DNA of 64,000 nt from Octopus vulgaris (lineage: Eukaryota), in the NCBI GenBank assembly GCA_951406725.2, contig OX597833.1, positions 68,076,001-68,140,000 of the forward strand. The letters are read 5' to 3'. Below are positions 13,082 through 27,830 of this stretch, piece by piece (position 1 is the stretch's first letter; the number at the start of each line of letters is the position of its first letter). The notes under the pieces were generated by a model. The model worked only from the letters and a program-made list of their open reading frames with translations. It had not been told where the DNA came from and searched no databases. The translations under genes and the position numbers were made by a program.

Positions 13082-13082
<1 letters not shown>
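12872..13082 (+). mobile_element. HHR-bearing element (family C) between (TA)n tracts
   Basis: About 210 bp, pyrimidine-rich, bounded by (TA)n. Shares the gaagagc..gctcgaaacgt and ttcctgagcgt..taatac blocks with family A. Confidence 0.65.
12944..12978 (+). ncRNA. Minimal hammerhead motif, variant core CCGACGA
   Basis: GTTT-CCGACGA-A-GAGC TCC GCTC-GAAA-CG-TT-GAAC: stem I GTTT/GAAC, 4-bp stem II, palindromic ACGT stem III, GUU triplet. Confidence 0.65.
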
Positions 13083-13117
<35 letters not shown>

Positions 13118-13289
13118 CACACAAACCATAAACTCTCCAGTCGTTAGACGACGTATGCGGGTTCGGAAATTTCTTACTGAAGAACCACACAGATGATCTG
13201 CTCTTACATGTAGCTCACTCCCTCCTCCACCAAATCGACATTATCTGTGCATGTGCTCCATGTGATACATGTCAGATGACGAAATGATC

Positions 13290-13410
13290 GCAGAGCAGAG
13301 TGAAATGAAATTCTTTGCTCAAGAACACAAGGCAAACGCATGTCTGAGAATCAAACCCACGATTTCGCAAATGTGAGTGCAACACCCTAACCACCAACCC
13401 ATGTGTCTTC
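13290..13410 (-). mobile_element. tRNA-headed SINE family 3, 5' fragment
   Basis: Reverse complement ggtggttagggtgttgcactcac...gtgggtttgattctc...tgtgttcttgagcaaagaatttcatttcac resembles the head of 41613-41930. Confidence 0.6.
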
Positions 13411-13544
13411 ACACTCACGCACGTGTGAGTATGTATTTATGTATGTATGTGAGAAAAGGAGCGAGTAAGGAATAGAGACTTTATATGAAGTTTGGAGCGA
13501 TTAAATAATTTACCTACATTTATATATAGGAACAAAGAGAGTGC

Positions 13545-13756
13545 AGTCGCCATGATAGATCGGTAGCCACTACACACTTTTTTTTCTCACCTTGTTTCTC
13601 TCCTTGTTATTTTTTTCTATGTCTCTTTCTGTAGAAGAGCGTCGGCTCGAAACCTAAACGACTTTATCTATTCCTGAGCGTTATACTTAATACATCTGTT
13701 TCTTCTTTTGTACACCACCTGTCTTCGTCTTTTGTTTTTTTTTCGTGAACTCTCCC
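13545..13756 (+). mobile_element. HHR-bearing element family A (~200 bp)
   Basis: gtcgccatgatagatcggtagc...ctttctgtagaagagcgtcggctcgaaacctaaa...ttcctgagcgttatac..tacaccacctgtcttcgtc...actctccc(TA)n. HHR at 13625-13660 has a damaged stem III. Confidence 0.8.
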
Positions 13757-14223
13757 TATATATATATTTGTCTCATTTTGTCTCAAAGTCGTTACTGTTT
13801 CCAATTTTATCTTCGTCTCTTGTTTTCCTATTCGTCTCTGTTGTCACATTCTTTCCTTTTCCCAAGGAAATCTAATGCCCATAGCTTAGCTTTTCCTTGG
13901 GGCTGGCCGTTTTGGAGCAAATCTCAGAATTAAACAGCCGAAATTTGCCATGATGAATCGGTTTCTGACTGAAGAATGAAGGCTCCGAATGACTGTCTGT
14001 TTTCCGTATTTCACGTTCTTTATATATAAAGTTTTATTCTAAATATATATGTATATATATATACATAGGGAGAGAGAGAGAAGGAAAGAGAGAGAGGGGA
14101 AGCATATGATAATGCCCCAATCATCAGAAATTCAATCTATAGTTTTACTCTCTTAGTATACTCTTACAAATGAGCTGATAACTTATTCTTATTCTGAATC
14201 TCGTTCCCAATTGACCTAAATTT

Positions 14224-14405
<182 letters not shown>

Positions 14406-14815
14406 TTGCTGTGTGGTCCATAAATTCATATCAGTTCCTATGCAATTTTTTTCCATCAATGCAGCTCCTCTGTTAAATTAAATCACTTTTATGTATGTGG
14501 TCACTTAACAATAATCGCTAGGCCAGCTACAAAAAAAAAATTGCATTTAGAAAGCCCTCGTATTGAAAGATTGAAAGATCAACCTTCTGAAGACGGAACA
14601 TAAAATTACTCCAAATAAACAGCAAAATTTACTGCGGAATTAACTTTGGTCGTGTGATTGTGCTTGGTCGCAGACGACATGGAAGTTCAGACACCATAAA
14701 CAGTGACGAGGAAAAATAAAAAAAAGCCACACGAACAAATCTGTAAAGTCAGTTTTGGCATAATTCTAGTGGAAGCTTTGTCTTCGAGATTAATAAATAT
14801 TCACCCTTCTTCTTC

Positions 14816-15550
<735 letters not shown>

Positions 15551-16189
15551 GTAAATATCTGCCAAATAAATACCCCGATAGTCACCAGACGTTATCAATT
15601 TTTCTGGGATATTCATCACTCTAGCATCTCAGTTGTTTTATCGATTCCATCGATCGAAACGAATGAAAGAATGAATGATATGAGTGAGTGAATAACCAGT
15701 ATGAATGAATGAATGGTTAAGAGATCAAATGTATATTCCTTGTTATATGACAATTTCAATGCAACGTCCATGAAGCGATTCGCAGAGAATGCCCGCTTCG
15801 AAAAGGCTAAGCTCTGACATTCATTTGAATTACGCTTTCAAGAGATCACTTCAGATAAAATGCCAGCTAACAGTTGCCATGCAGATCTTTCGGAAACATT
15901 AACAAATATATTCAAAGGCTGTAATTATAATGCTATTCCAGGTTTATGAGCAAAGCTAGCCATAATTTCTACAGGGGTGGAGAAGAGAGGAGGAGAGGAG
16001 AGTGGAATGGTATGAAGTGGAATGGAGTGTAGTTCGTATTTCGTATTTCACTAGTTTTTCGTTTATTTAAACTTTAAATAAGAGAATTTCTCTAATAGCT
16101 TAAATCTGCATGTGTGGCTAATGCATACAATTATATACATGTACATATTCGTGTACAAGTAAACATACATAGGCATATATGAGCCACTA

Positions 16190-16524
16190 TATATACATAC
16201 ATACATACATACATACATACATACATACATAGAATATGTGTTTATAGAAATGTATGCGTGTATATATATATATGTATATATATATATGTATATATGTATA
16301 TGTGTATATGTATATATATGTATATATGTATATGTGTATACGTATATATATATGTGTGTATATGTATGTATGTATAGATGTATGTATATGTGTATATGTA
16401 TATATATATATGTGTATATGTATGTATGTATAGATGTATGTATATGTGTATATGTATGTATGTATAGATGTATGTATATGTATATATATATACGTATGTA
16501 TATATATATATATATATATATACG

Positions 16525-16567
<43 letters not shown>

Positions 16568-16602
16568 ATGTGTTTATAGAAATGTATGCGTGTATATATA
16601 TG
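16190..16602. repeat. (TA)/(TATG) compound microsatellite
   Basis: Direct reading. atgtgtttatagaaatgtatgcgtg is duplicated at ~16236 and ~16568. Confidence 0.9.
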
Positions 16603-17051
16603 CCTGTTTGTGTGTGTAATTTCATCTGATGTGTCTGTATGCTTGGAATGGAAGCGTGTGAGGCCATGCATGTATTTACGGCGTGCTTCCTGAAAATATT
16701 GACATTTGCAGTTTAGACAACGAATGCAATTTGAAGTGTTTTTCAGCCGCTGTTGATTATGTTAAACATGTACAAGCGTACATACGATCATGTGTCTGTA
16801 TAGATGGATGTGAGTATACATTTGTGCGTATGCATATATGTGTGTACTTTTGTGTGCATGTGTATATATATATATATATATACACACGCACACATTCGTT
16901 CATAATTGTTGATGGTAATGTAAAATAAACCATCAACTCGTGGAATGATGTCATTAGCCAGTCTAATCCAGCGTTTCGCCGAGCATCACTAATCAAAATG
17001 AGCGATAGTTTATCGCCGCTGCAATCATATTTAAAATAGGAAACACACGGG

Positions 17052-17110
<59 letters not shown>

Positions 17111-17996
17111 ACAAAGACACACACACACACTGAGTTTGATCTATTTCAAAAGGTTCATCTCTATTTGATTTCCAATTAAAAATGTTATTTCCTATCTTTT
17201 TGCTACGGAACAACTCTTGTATTCGTTGCTTGATAACGTCAACATGTGACAGGAGAATTGGTTGGAAAAAGACACACACTTCACCAAAAAAAAAAAAAAA
17301 AAAAAATGACAATAAAGAAGGGGAAAAAAACCCAGCAAAAAATGTTCAATGGACTAATGTGGGATATAAGGAAGTAAGAAAAGAGAAAGGATACATTTAT
17401 TTGTAAGTCTGTGTGATATGGAGATGATGAAGAGAGAAGCTGCGAAAGAGAGGGAAAAAAGAGATAGACAAAATTGTAACAGATGGACTGAGAGAGGAGG
17501 AGTTAGGTAAAGAGGGTGGGGGTGAGAATGAAAATGTGAGCAAACACCAAAGGCAAATGGATTTTTAATTTCATGCATTAGAGATTAGCAGTTTATGCCC
17601 AAATCATTAAATGGACTATTATCAACACGATGAGTTGTGTGTGTGTGTGTGGTTGTGTATGTGTGCGCATATATGATGGTAGATATGTGTTAGAGTTTGT
17701 GTGTGTGTGTGTGGTTCCATTAATATTTATATAATTGCCGTTTATTTAGTGAAATATTAAAACCAAATTAAACAGTCCATGATAATGAATACAATGTGGA
17801 GATTAAAGTTAAAAAAATTTATATAGTATAACCATTCCTGTGCATTCATATAACCGTACACACACACACACAAACACACATGCAACCACCCACACACACG
17901 CGAAATACTTTGATGAAGATATGTGCTTCATGTATATATATGTGTGTGTGTGTTTATATATATAGAGAGAGAGGGAGAGACTCACACACGCACATT

Positions 17997-18087
17997 ATAT
18001 CAAGGGCTGTTAATGTCCGTAAAAAACCCACGCTTTCGTAGGACTCGAAAGCGTGTGATTTTTACGGACAGTAACGGCCCTTGATAT
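17997..18087. repeat. Inverted repeat with ~42-bp arms
   Basis: atatcaagggctgttaatgtccgtaaaaa..cacgctttcg / cgaaagcgtg..tttttacggacagtaacggcccttgatat around the 7-nt loop taggact. Confidence 0.85.
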
Positions 18088-18240
18088 TGTAATGTATTTT
18101 ATAAATAAAGGAAAATGTTAGATACCTTGTATTAATGTTTTACCTTAATTGCTTTTACACGCTGGCAACTCGATATAATCGTATAGAGAATTTTATATTT
18201 TATTTACAAATATACATACATTCATACATACATACATACA

Positions 18241-18426
18241 TGCCATGATAGATCGGTAGCTACTACGCACTTTTTTTCTGTTCTTGCTTTTTCTGTATCC
18301 CTTTCTGTAGAAGAGCGTAGGCTCGAAACGTAAAAGAGTTTTTCTCTTCCTGAGCGTTATACTAATACATCTGTTTGTTTTGTACACCACCTGTTTTCGT
18401 CTTTTGTTTTTTGGGGGAAACTCTCA
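18241..18426 (+). mobile_element. HHR-bearing element family A
   Basis: Colinear with 13545-13756 and 24773-24959. Preceded by (CATA)n and followed by (TA)n. Confidence 0.82.
18301..18336 (+). ncRNA. Minimal hammerhead motif, variant core CUGUAGA
   Basis: CTTT-CTGTAGA-A-GAGC GTAG GCTC-GAAA-CG-TA-AAAG: stem I CTTT/AAAG, 4-bp stem II, ACGT palindromic stem III, GUA triplet. Confidence 0.7.
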
Positions 18427-18460
18427 TATATATATATATATTGAATAGAAGGTCTTGAAA

Positions 18461-18506
18461 CCACCTGATGAATGTCCTTAGAAGTGACAAGAAACAATTG
18501 TAGTGG
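18461..18506 (+). ncRNA. Minimal type-I hammerhead, canonical CUGAUGA core
   Basis: CCAC-CTGATGA-A TGTC..GACA A-GAAA-CAATTG-TA-GTGG: stem I CCAC/GTGG, palindromic ACAATTGT stem III, GUA triplet. Stem II closes with an A-A mismatch. Lies in a ~165-bp segment between (TA)n tracts. Confidence 0.72.
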
Positions 18507-18608
18507 ATAACTTAATTTTATTTAATTTATATAAAATTTGTTATGTATTGGATTAAGTCTTTCTTTGTTTGATTTGCATAATAGTGGTTTTGTCTCTAAT
18601 TAATATTA

Positions 18609-18670
<62 letters not shown>

Positions 18671-18896
18671 TACAATCATCCTTCGACTACCGCGAATGTT
18701 ACGATCCAAAACTGCCAGGTGAGGTGAACATCCGGCAAGTAGAAACACTAATGTGTCGCATATTTTCTTTTTTAAAAATTATTTTTATAATTTGTGTATA
18801 TTTATTTTATTAGAAATGCAAGACAACACCCACGAAGGAATGGCTGTAAGCTTTAATAAACCGCAATCGGAGAAACTACGATAAGACGAGGGGTTA

Positions 18897-18939
<43 letters not shown>

Positions 18940-19509
18940 CGTTTTCTCCGGCCATTTCTCCCTCTTTTTCCAGACGCGCACCTTAAAGCAATATGTGAGA
19001 TAACTGAACTATGCTAAAGATGCATCCCGAATTCAGCCCTTAAGTTATTTGTTCTGCACTGAGTAACAGTCACTCCCTTAATAACTACTTACTAAGCGAA
19101 ATTTTTCGATAAGTCCCAAATGGGGATCACTGAAAAACAGCATATTTATCCATTTCTGTCCAAGTGCAATAATAAACATTTTAGTTTTTTTTTTTAAACT
19201 ATTGTATCATCTGTGAATAAGTATGAAATATCAATGAATGATACACGTGGGAAATGCAAAACATAAAAGAAAAACATTTTCAAAACAATCAATATTTTTG
19301 TAGTTCAAAAATTGTGATTTATGACATAAAATGTTTTTCAAGAATTAGTCAGAGCTAATAATGACAAACTTTAACTAGTAAATATTGTTAAAATCACCTC
19401 GGCAAATGCAATGTAAATAAGCAATTCACTTTAAATACAACGAACAACCGGCACTGAGACTGCTTTTAGCAGATCTCTAAATGGGGCTCATGGCAAACAA
19501 TGGGTGAAA

Positions 19510-19950
19510 GTAGAGAGCGCGCAAAGTTCTTAGCATGTTTCGGAAAATACTTTGCGACATTTCGTCCCCTCTTATGTTCTGAGTTCAAATTCCGCCGGGA
19601 TCGATTTCGAATTTCATCATTTAGTGACCGATAAAATATGTATCAGTCAAGCTCTGCGGAATGACTAACCTACTACGCCTAAGATTTCAGGCCTTGCGTC
19701 TATAATAGAGGCGTGTTACAATTCATTAATTAATCGCACGAGTTACTTTATATTGAAATCATGCAGTGAGTTGGCAGAATTGTTAAGAATCCGGACAAAA
19801 TGTTTTGTGGCATTTATTTCGGCCCTTCACTTAATGAGTTCAAATTTCGCCGTCGTCAACCCTGTTTTTCAGCTGCTGACGGTCCACAAAATTAATGCTG
19901 TTCACTCACTAGAATCGATGCAATCGAATCAGCCCCTAACCAGACATTTG
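19510..19950 (+). mobile_element. Two decayed SINE family 2 copies
   Basis: ttctgagttcaaattccgcc..gatcga (19577) with an atttcaggccttg tail, and gagttggcagaattgtta...gagttcaaatttcgccg (19768). Confidence 0.6.
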
Positions 19951-20845
19951 CCAAAATTAAACGAATATTCTGGATCATGCATTTCATCACTGGACTGCAG
20001 CCATGCCGGAGCTCTCTGTAAATGAAATGAGATAACAACATTAAGACAGATTCTGTCCTCGCTATTACTAATAGTCATTCTACTGAAACGAATAGAATTT
20101 GTATACACTGATGTATACAATATGCATGTGATTACGCGTGTGTATGTGTGTATTTATGTATGCACATTTAATCGTGTATATGTAAATGCTTTTGCGAGTT
20201 GATGACTGAGATATCGCATTGCGATACAACAACCAGCGTTGCTTAAAGCCGACGGTCTGTCGCTGTAATTAAGTGTCCTATTTCATGCTTCCAGCAGCAG
20301 TCTGTTTGTGTATGGTATAACAACGAACAAAAGCAAGGAAAATAATGAAAATATTAAACAAAAAAAAAGCAAGAAAAACAAGCAGTAATGATAGTATACA
20401 GTACATGTCGAAATGTGAGAGGAGAGTAGCGGAAGAGCGAACACAGAAACGGCGGCAAATATACGATGGAAATATGAGCAAATCTGCAAATGAGATTTTT
20501 CTTCAGATTCCAGTCATCGTTGGCATGGTTCAGCATCCAATCTTTCGTAGCTTAAAGAGAAAAAAATTCTCAGAAGCTGAGAGACAAGTTATGGTCTGGG
20601 TTGGTAAAATATGTACCCGCTGGTACAATGTCAACTTATTTAAGATAAACATACCGACATGACTTCCTGATGGCGTGCCACATTCTATTCTTATAACTTT
20701 AATATTTTAAGCAGAGCGAGAGTTTGTTTTCTTTTTGTTTTGCTTCATTGACACATGACACTTCTTGAAGTAGTTACTGTAACTGTAAACCTCTCCGTCT
20801 GTGTACATCTATATGAATAATTATGTGCTTACACATATATCTGTC

Positions 20846-21267
20846 TCTTTTTTACTCTTTTACTCTTTTACTTGCTTCAGTCATTTGACTGCGGCCGTGC
20901 TGGAGCACCGCCTTTAGTCGAGCAAATCGACCCCCGGGACTTATTCTTTGTAAGCCCAGTACTTATTCTATCGGTCTCTTTTGCCGAACCGCTAAGTGAC
21001 GGGGACGTAAACACACCAGCATCGGTTGTCAAGCAATGCTAGGGGGACAAACACAGACACACAAACATACACACACACACACTATATATATATATACATA
21101 TATACGACAGGCTTCTTTTAGTTTCCGTCTACCAAATCCACTCACAAGGCATTGGTCGGCCCGAGGCTATAGCAGAAGACACTTGCCCAAGATGCCACGC
21201 AGTGGGACTAAACCCGGAACCATGTGGTTGGTTAGCAAGCTACTTACCACACAGCAACTCCTGCGCC
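20846..21267 (-). mobile_element. SINE family 1, full length
   Basis: From the (ctttta)n tail to ctcctgcgcc, near-identical to the reverse complement of 554-965. Confidence 0.92.
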
Positions 21268-21605
21268 TATTCTTCTCTGAAAAGTTTCTCTAATTCAACG
21301 ATACACACACAGTCTAACTTTATTCTAACGATACTTTGGATTGGGAATTATACTTAGCGTACATGCAGCTCTGGAATACTCAGCCATTAACACGTTCATG
21401 TGACGAATGTGAATCCAGATGAAGGAAATAAGCACGGCGCTTCGTTAAAGACAACGGGTAAATCACCGCCATAATTGTGATACGTTTGAAAGAAAATGAA
21501 TTATGCACAATTATATGTATTTTCTATTGAACTAATTTAATTACGTCCATGTTACAGTTAGCTACGTCTAAAACCAGACTTAATACACAATTTTTTAGTG
21601 CTTTT

Positions 21606-22012
21606 AAGGCAGTGGGCCGGCAAAATCAGAAACTAGCTTAGCGGAATGTTGCCCTTCTTTGCGTTTTGAGTTAAATTTCCTCTGATTTTCACTGCATTTC
21701 ATCCTTTCAAGGTCGTTGAATGAAGTACAACTGAGAACCATAGTTGACTAGCGTCCCTCCTTCAAGATTTCAGAAAGTATTACAAAGTAATTCTAAGGCA
21801 GTGAATTGGAAGAACCTTTAGCACGCCGGACAAAATCCTCACTAGTACTTCACCCGTCTTTACGTTTTGAGTTCAAATTCTGCCAAGGTAAACTTTGGAT
21901 TTCATCCTTTCGGAGTCAATGAAATAAGCACCAGTCGAGCAATAGGGTTGGTGCAATCCACTACGCCCTCCACCCACAAATTTCAGGCGTTGTGCCTAGA
22001 GTACGAAGGATC
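21606..22012 (+). mobile_element. Two tandem decayed SINE family 2 copies
   Basis: aaggcagtg heads at ~21606 and ~21795, each followed by gttttgagtt..aaatt and tttcatcctttc blocks. Confidence 0.65.
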
Positions 22013-23265
22013 ATTTAATGTTTCTGTAATGGCGTATGCTTAGAGTAAGTTTAAAATCAACACTGTTACCTCACTGCGATATTGCTGGATCTCTTTCTGG
22101 TTATTTCACATATAATAGACACCACATGCTATGCGTAAGCAATTTCAGAAGCGCAAATGTCTATATCGGTTTTAATTACTTTCTAATGACGCAATCAGAT
22201 TAAGGAGTTCAGCGTTCACCGTACATTTACTGTGATTTTGAGACTGACGATAAGAAGAAGGAGGAAGTTTTGAATCCGGAACCACCTCATATATTCAAGA
22301 ATATATTATCCAACATAAGACGTGACGTCAAATTTATTTCCAATGTACCAACACGGACGAGTTATTTGGATTTTGGTTTCATGGTCGATCGATTATGAAG
22401 TCGATTGTCGAACGAAGCTGAACGTAGTATTTCTCTTAGCAGCGGACTTTATCGAACTTACCCTCGCTCCACTCAGCTCAAGATGAATACACCCAGTGGT
22501 TGGTGGTTTGCATTCTGCGGTGGATAGGGATCTCATCTTGGACGACATCAGGTAGTCTCAGTTGAAAAACATGACAAACTCCTATCTAACGTGGCTGGAA
22601 GCTGGAAACAAAGTATTTGTATTAAAAATAAATTTCCTCAATTTCAACGAGATATGTCTCTAATATCTAGCAGGCCAATCATAAACGTAGGTTACCTACA
22701 TCGATAAATTTGATATGGGGAAATGAAGCTTATAAAATATGAGCACGATCCCGATATACAGCCGTATGCCTGTAATGCATCTGAATTCAAGAGGGAAACA
22801 CTTGCATTTGGAAACTCTATCATTTCAATATATTTCTATTTGCCAGGGATATTTCGATCAATTCGCCCATCAATCTGCTGACTTATTTAGTTTCTCGAGA
22901 AGAGGAAGAGAATTTGCTGGGGAAATGACAGCGAGAAGAAAATTGATCGGACCGAGCGCTTCACAGTCGCCCCCTCTCAAGGGCCAAATGGTTATTTCAG
23001 AACCTATAACTACACGAAGAATTATCCACTCGATCACTTTATTTTATCCGAGGAGACATTGATAAGATATTTTGAACAAATGCTTTGAAATAGCTTCGCC
23101 AATGCCTCAATACGGACTCTATGTGGATGCGATGGTATCATTAATCATATAAACATGGCTTCGCACTTTGTTTGAGGGGCGTTTAGCTTGTCGTTTCCAA
23201 CTTGTCGTCGAGACTCGCTTCATGATTCAGTCAAAATCAACACCATGCATTGCAATAATAATAGC

Positions 23266-23298
<33 letters not shown>

Positions 23299-23339
23299 TA
23301 TTATTATTATTATTATTATTATCATTATTACTATTATTA

Positions 23340-23541
23340 TAAATTTTTGCCACAAGGGAAGTTTGGGGGAGGTGGAGATGAGTGGATTACATCGATCCCA
23401 GTGTTTAACTGGTACTTATTTTGATCGACCATGAAAGGCGAAGTCGACCTCGGCGGAATTTGAACTCAGAACGTAGCGACAAGCAGAATACCACTAATCA
23501 TTTCGTCCAGCGTCCTAACGGTTCTGCCAGTTCATCGCCTT
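23340..23541 (-). mobile_element. SINE family 2 flanked by (AAT)/(ATT)n
   Basis: aaagg..aagtcgacctcggcggaatttgaactcagaacgta...gttctgccagttcatcgcct. Confidence 0.82.
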
Positions 23542-24327
23542 AATAATAATAACAACAACAACAACAATAATAATAATGATAAGACACGAACTAAATTACA
23601 ATATTTCTGAATAATGTATAAGAAAAAAGAAAGAAAAAAAGAAAGAAAGAGATTTTTGATAACTGACAGAAATACGTCAGCTAACAGCTGAATATCATTG
23701 GGGAACAGGAAATTAAACTTTTATATCAATGCTTACTTCCGTACTTAAAATTGATAATTAAAAAAAAAAAATAAATAAATAAATAAAAAACAGAAAACAA
23801 AAACGGCAAAACTATTATTATTATTGTGTTCGGACTTGTTGTAATGAGAAATTCATATGAAATTGTTTACGTATACGATAATTATTATACTGTTATGGTA
23901 ATTTTGGTAAAGCTCTCGAGAATAAAATACCATGGAGAAAATCGGATGATTTCTATTTTAATTGAAGTTCTTGACATCGCACGGAAACAACTTGTTGCAC
24001 TGAATCTGACAATTATGACGATGACAGCAGTACGGCTGTTATTGGTGTGTTTTCGTTTGCAACTTGTTATCTCAAAACACACAGACAGACAGACAGACAG
24101 ACACACACACACACACAAACATACTCACACACACAAGGAAAATTATACACGCGCTAATATCGAATAGTGAGAGTGTCCGCTCAACACTTTATAGGTGGAT
24201 AAATGTTCTTTCTTTGTGTGTTAAGGAGGCTACCATAGGTCTCATGCTGAAAGATATCACACGGAACATTGGTACTCGTCCCCATCTTGGATGAGAATAT
24301 CTATAGAAATACACACACACGCACACA

Positions 24328-24550
24328 TACATGGAGTGGAGGCTGAAAAGTTCCTGGTTTAGGGTAAAAGCAAATACAGTGAGATAAGGAGGATCAGTTA
24401 CGATTTTATTCCACATATCCCCTTCTCAAATTCAGATGTATTTCAGCAGTTTTTCAAACTTTCTAAGCCCCTTAAGAGAACTCGGAACGTCGGTACCCCA
24501 GCCAGGCCTTTCGCGACACCCTTAAAGCCAGGAACTTTTCATCACCCCCT
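24328..24550 (-). mobile_element. Mariner-derived MITE
   Basis: TIR-like ends gctgaaaagttcctgg / ccaggaacttttcatcacccc. Interior is the reverse complement of 25995-26208. Confidence 0.72.
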
Positions 24551-24578
24551 TAAGTGTGTGTGCATAATGACTGCGTGT

Positions 24579-24685
24579 ATCTATCTATCTATCTATCTAT
24601 CTATCTCTATCTGTCTGTCTATTAATCTATCTATCTATCTATCTCTATCTGTCTGTCTGTCTATTAATCTATCTATATATCTCTA

Positions 24686-24770
<85 letters not shown>

Positions 24771-24772
24771 AT
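24579..24772. repeat. (TCTA)n/(TCTG)n
   Basis: Direct reading. Confidence 0.95.
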
Positions 24773-24959
24773 AGTCGCCATGATAGATCGTTTGCCACTA
24801 CAGACATTTTTTTCTCTCCTTGTTTTTTCTGTGTCCCTTTCTGTAGAAGAGCGTAGGCTCGAAACGTAAAATACTTTTTTCTATTCCTGAGCGTTATACT
24901 AATACATCTGTTTTGTACACCACCTGTCTTCGTCTTTTGTTTTTTTCGTAAACTCTCCC
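24773..24959 (+). mobile_element. HHR-bearing element family A
   Basis: agtcgccatgatagatcg...ctttctgtagaagagcgtaggctcgaaacgtaaaa (HHR 24838-24871)...aaactctccc. Confidence 0.82.
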
Positions 24960-25031
24960 TATACACACACACACACACACACATGACAGTACAAAGCCCT
25001 TAATCATGATTTCACACGTGATCGCATGCAC

Positions 25032-25076
<45 letters not shown>

Positions 25077-25262
25077 TACGTACCACACTTAGACGAAGAA
25101 GCTACTGACGATGCTACCTGTTTCAGAGATAAAATGTGTTTTACGACTATGTACAACTATGTTTACCTCCAGCTTAACTCCCACTTAGCTGGCGATTATC
25201 CCTTGGTTTCCAACACCTTTTCATTGACTATCTTCCTCAGTCACCTTCTGCTTCTCCCTCGC

Positions 25263-25298
25263 TCTCCTGACGTCGGACTAACGTCCGAAACGTCCGAT
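25263..25298 (+). ncRNA. Decayed hammerhead-like motif
   Basis: CTGACGT-C-GGAC TAAC GTCC-GAAA-CG-TC: perfect stem II, ACGT stem III and GUC triplet, but A9 is substituted and stem I is poor. Confidence 0.45.
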
Positions 25299-25339
25299 GC
25301 TATTTTTACGTACGTATGTGTGTCTTTGCGTGGGTGTGC

Positions 25340-25560
25340 TTACTTTTTTTGCTTGTTTGTTCCCCACTACCTCTTGGCAACCGGTTTCAGTGTGTTTACG
25401 TCCCCTTAACATAGCGGACCGGCAAAAGAGAATGCTAGAATAAGTACGATAAAACAGTAGAACAAGCATAAAAATGATTCCTGGGGTCGATTCATTCGGC
25501 TAAAATTTCTTCAAGACTGTGCCCCAGCATGGCCTTAGTAAATAAGTAAACGATAAAGGA
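25340..25560 (+). mobile_element. SINE family 1, diverged 3' half
   Basis: gtgtgtttacgtcccc..agcgg..cggcaaaagag..tagaataagtac..ctggggtcgatt..gtgccccagcatggcc. Confidence 0.7.
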
Positions 25561-25994
25561 CATATATTTATAGATATATAACTTTACATATTAATATTCC
25601 ACCGCAAGCATTCGAGAGCAATAAGAGTTTATTAACTTTCAACCGGATGCTAAGAATCACAAAATCCTTTCAAGACATAAATAATTATCAGCAATATTAA
25701 TTAATATTATTTTCCGAGGGATGCAATTAGTCTCCAAATTAACGTGCGAGAAACTGTAGATTATGTAATACCCTGCTTCATGTCTGCAATTATAACTTGT
25801 CGCGTTTGTTTTTACCAAAATTGGATGCAGTAGCACTCAGATCTAACCCATATCTTTTAGATTCTAACGTAGTCCCTTTCTTCGGACATGACTCATTTGA
25901 AAAAAAGTATTTTACAAGCAAAAGACTAAAACTACACCCAGGTTCCAGATCCTTAGTGCCCGAAAATCTGGACAGTTGGTGTTATACCTGTTTA

Positions 25995-26208
25995 TACGAG
26001 GGTGTGCCGAATAGGTCCTGGTTTGAAGGGTATCACGAAAGGATTTATTGGGGGCCCAAACGTCCGAGTTCTCTTACAGGGCTTAGAAAAAAAACTTATG
26101 GATCCCTACGTGAAACTGAGAGGGGAATATGTTGCAAAAATCATAATTAACCGAATCTCCTGTATTTTCTTTTACCTGGACCCAGGAATTTTTCAGCACC
26201 CTCTTGTA
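25995..26208 (+). mobile_element. Mariner-derived MITE with TA ends
   Basis: TAcgagggtgtgccgaataggtcctgg ... ccaggaatttttcagcaccctcttgTA imperfect TIRs. Interior reads GLEKKL..YVKLRGEYV, similar to the mariner transposase C-terminus (GI.KL..RW.KC...GEYVE). Confidence 0.75.
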
Positions 26209-26486
26209 CGTATAATATTTTCTCTCCTTGAACTACATTCCAAGAAATAAAGAAATTAATACGATACATAACTTTGTAGCCAACAGACTTCGGCAAAATA
26301 GTAGCCGAATAAATGCATATATGAGTAAACAAATAAATAAATGTCTTGTTTTGGTCCCACCGAGGGTAAAACAAATTCGTTTCCATTGCCAAAATAAAAT
26401 GGACAACATCAGAGAAGAAAACGTTTATCGTTTCAATCAAAGAGAGTGGATAGACTCTTTTTCTGTCTTCCACGTATTCTCTCAAA

Positions 26487-27026
<540 letters not shown>

Positions 27027-27762
27027 CAAAGCAGTGATTAATTCTGAGCTCATGCAACACGTCGTGTGTTTAAATCACCGAACTGTAATAATTTCCTTTG
27101 TTTTTTTCTTTCTTCTTCTTCTTCTTCTTCTTCTTCTTCTTCTTCTTCTTTTCTTTTGTCTTGAAGTGCATATGTATGCGTAATAGCTGTATCTGATTCG
27201 AGTGTTCGTTGTTGTTGTTGATGTTGTTGATGGTGGCGGCGGTTGGGGGGTGGTGGTGGTGTGTAGAAGTGTTTGACAATTCCATCTGCAAAGGCTTTAA
27301 AAGCATTGCCAAGTTTCGACAGTAAAAGTAAAAGTTGGTTCTTATTGATTTATTTTCAACGTTTTTCAATACAAAGGAGATATAAATCAGACCAAAATTT
27401 ACTACTTCCAACTGATGGCAAAACACGGTAACGTTTTACAGCCATGGGGGAAAAACAACGGAGATATTTGTGTCTCCAGCTGTCTTAAGTTTAAGCTTAA
27501 GTTATTGTCAGGTCATGATGACAATGAAAGGGTTTCACTATCAGAAATGTGATTAATATTATTAATGTTTCTTTTTTTGTTTGTTGTTATTTCTTAGGAT
27601 GGTTCGTATAACCTGGTCACTTTTCTCTCCAATAGCTGACTACAACTGCTAGCTTTAGATATCAAGTTACTTTCTGTTTCACTTTTGGATTCATATTAGT
27701 CAATCTACTATTCTAGATCTCTTCGTAATGCGTCAGCAGTTGCCAATAAGCATGCTGTATAC

Positions 27763-27813
<51 letters not shown>

Positions 27814-27830
27814 CATTATTATTATTATTA

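Noticed and set aside
13965-14000. ctgaaga..ccgaat as a hammerhead
   Set aside because: GAAA is broken and stems II and III are unconvincing.
20278-20662. 105-aa ORF and overlapping antisense ORFs
   Set aside because: No recognisable motif. A small exon or UTR cannot be excluded without RNA-seq.
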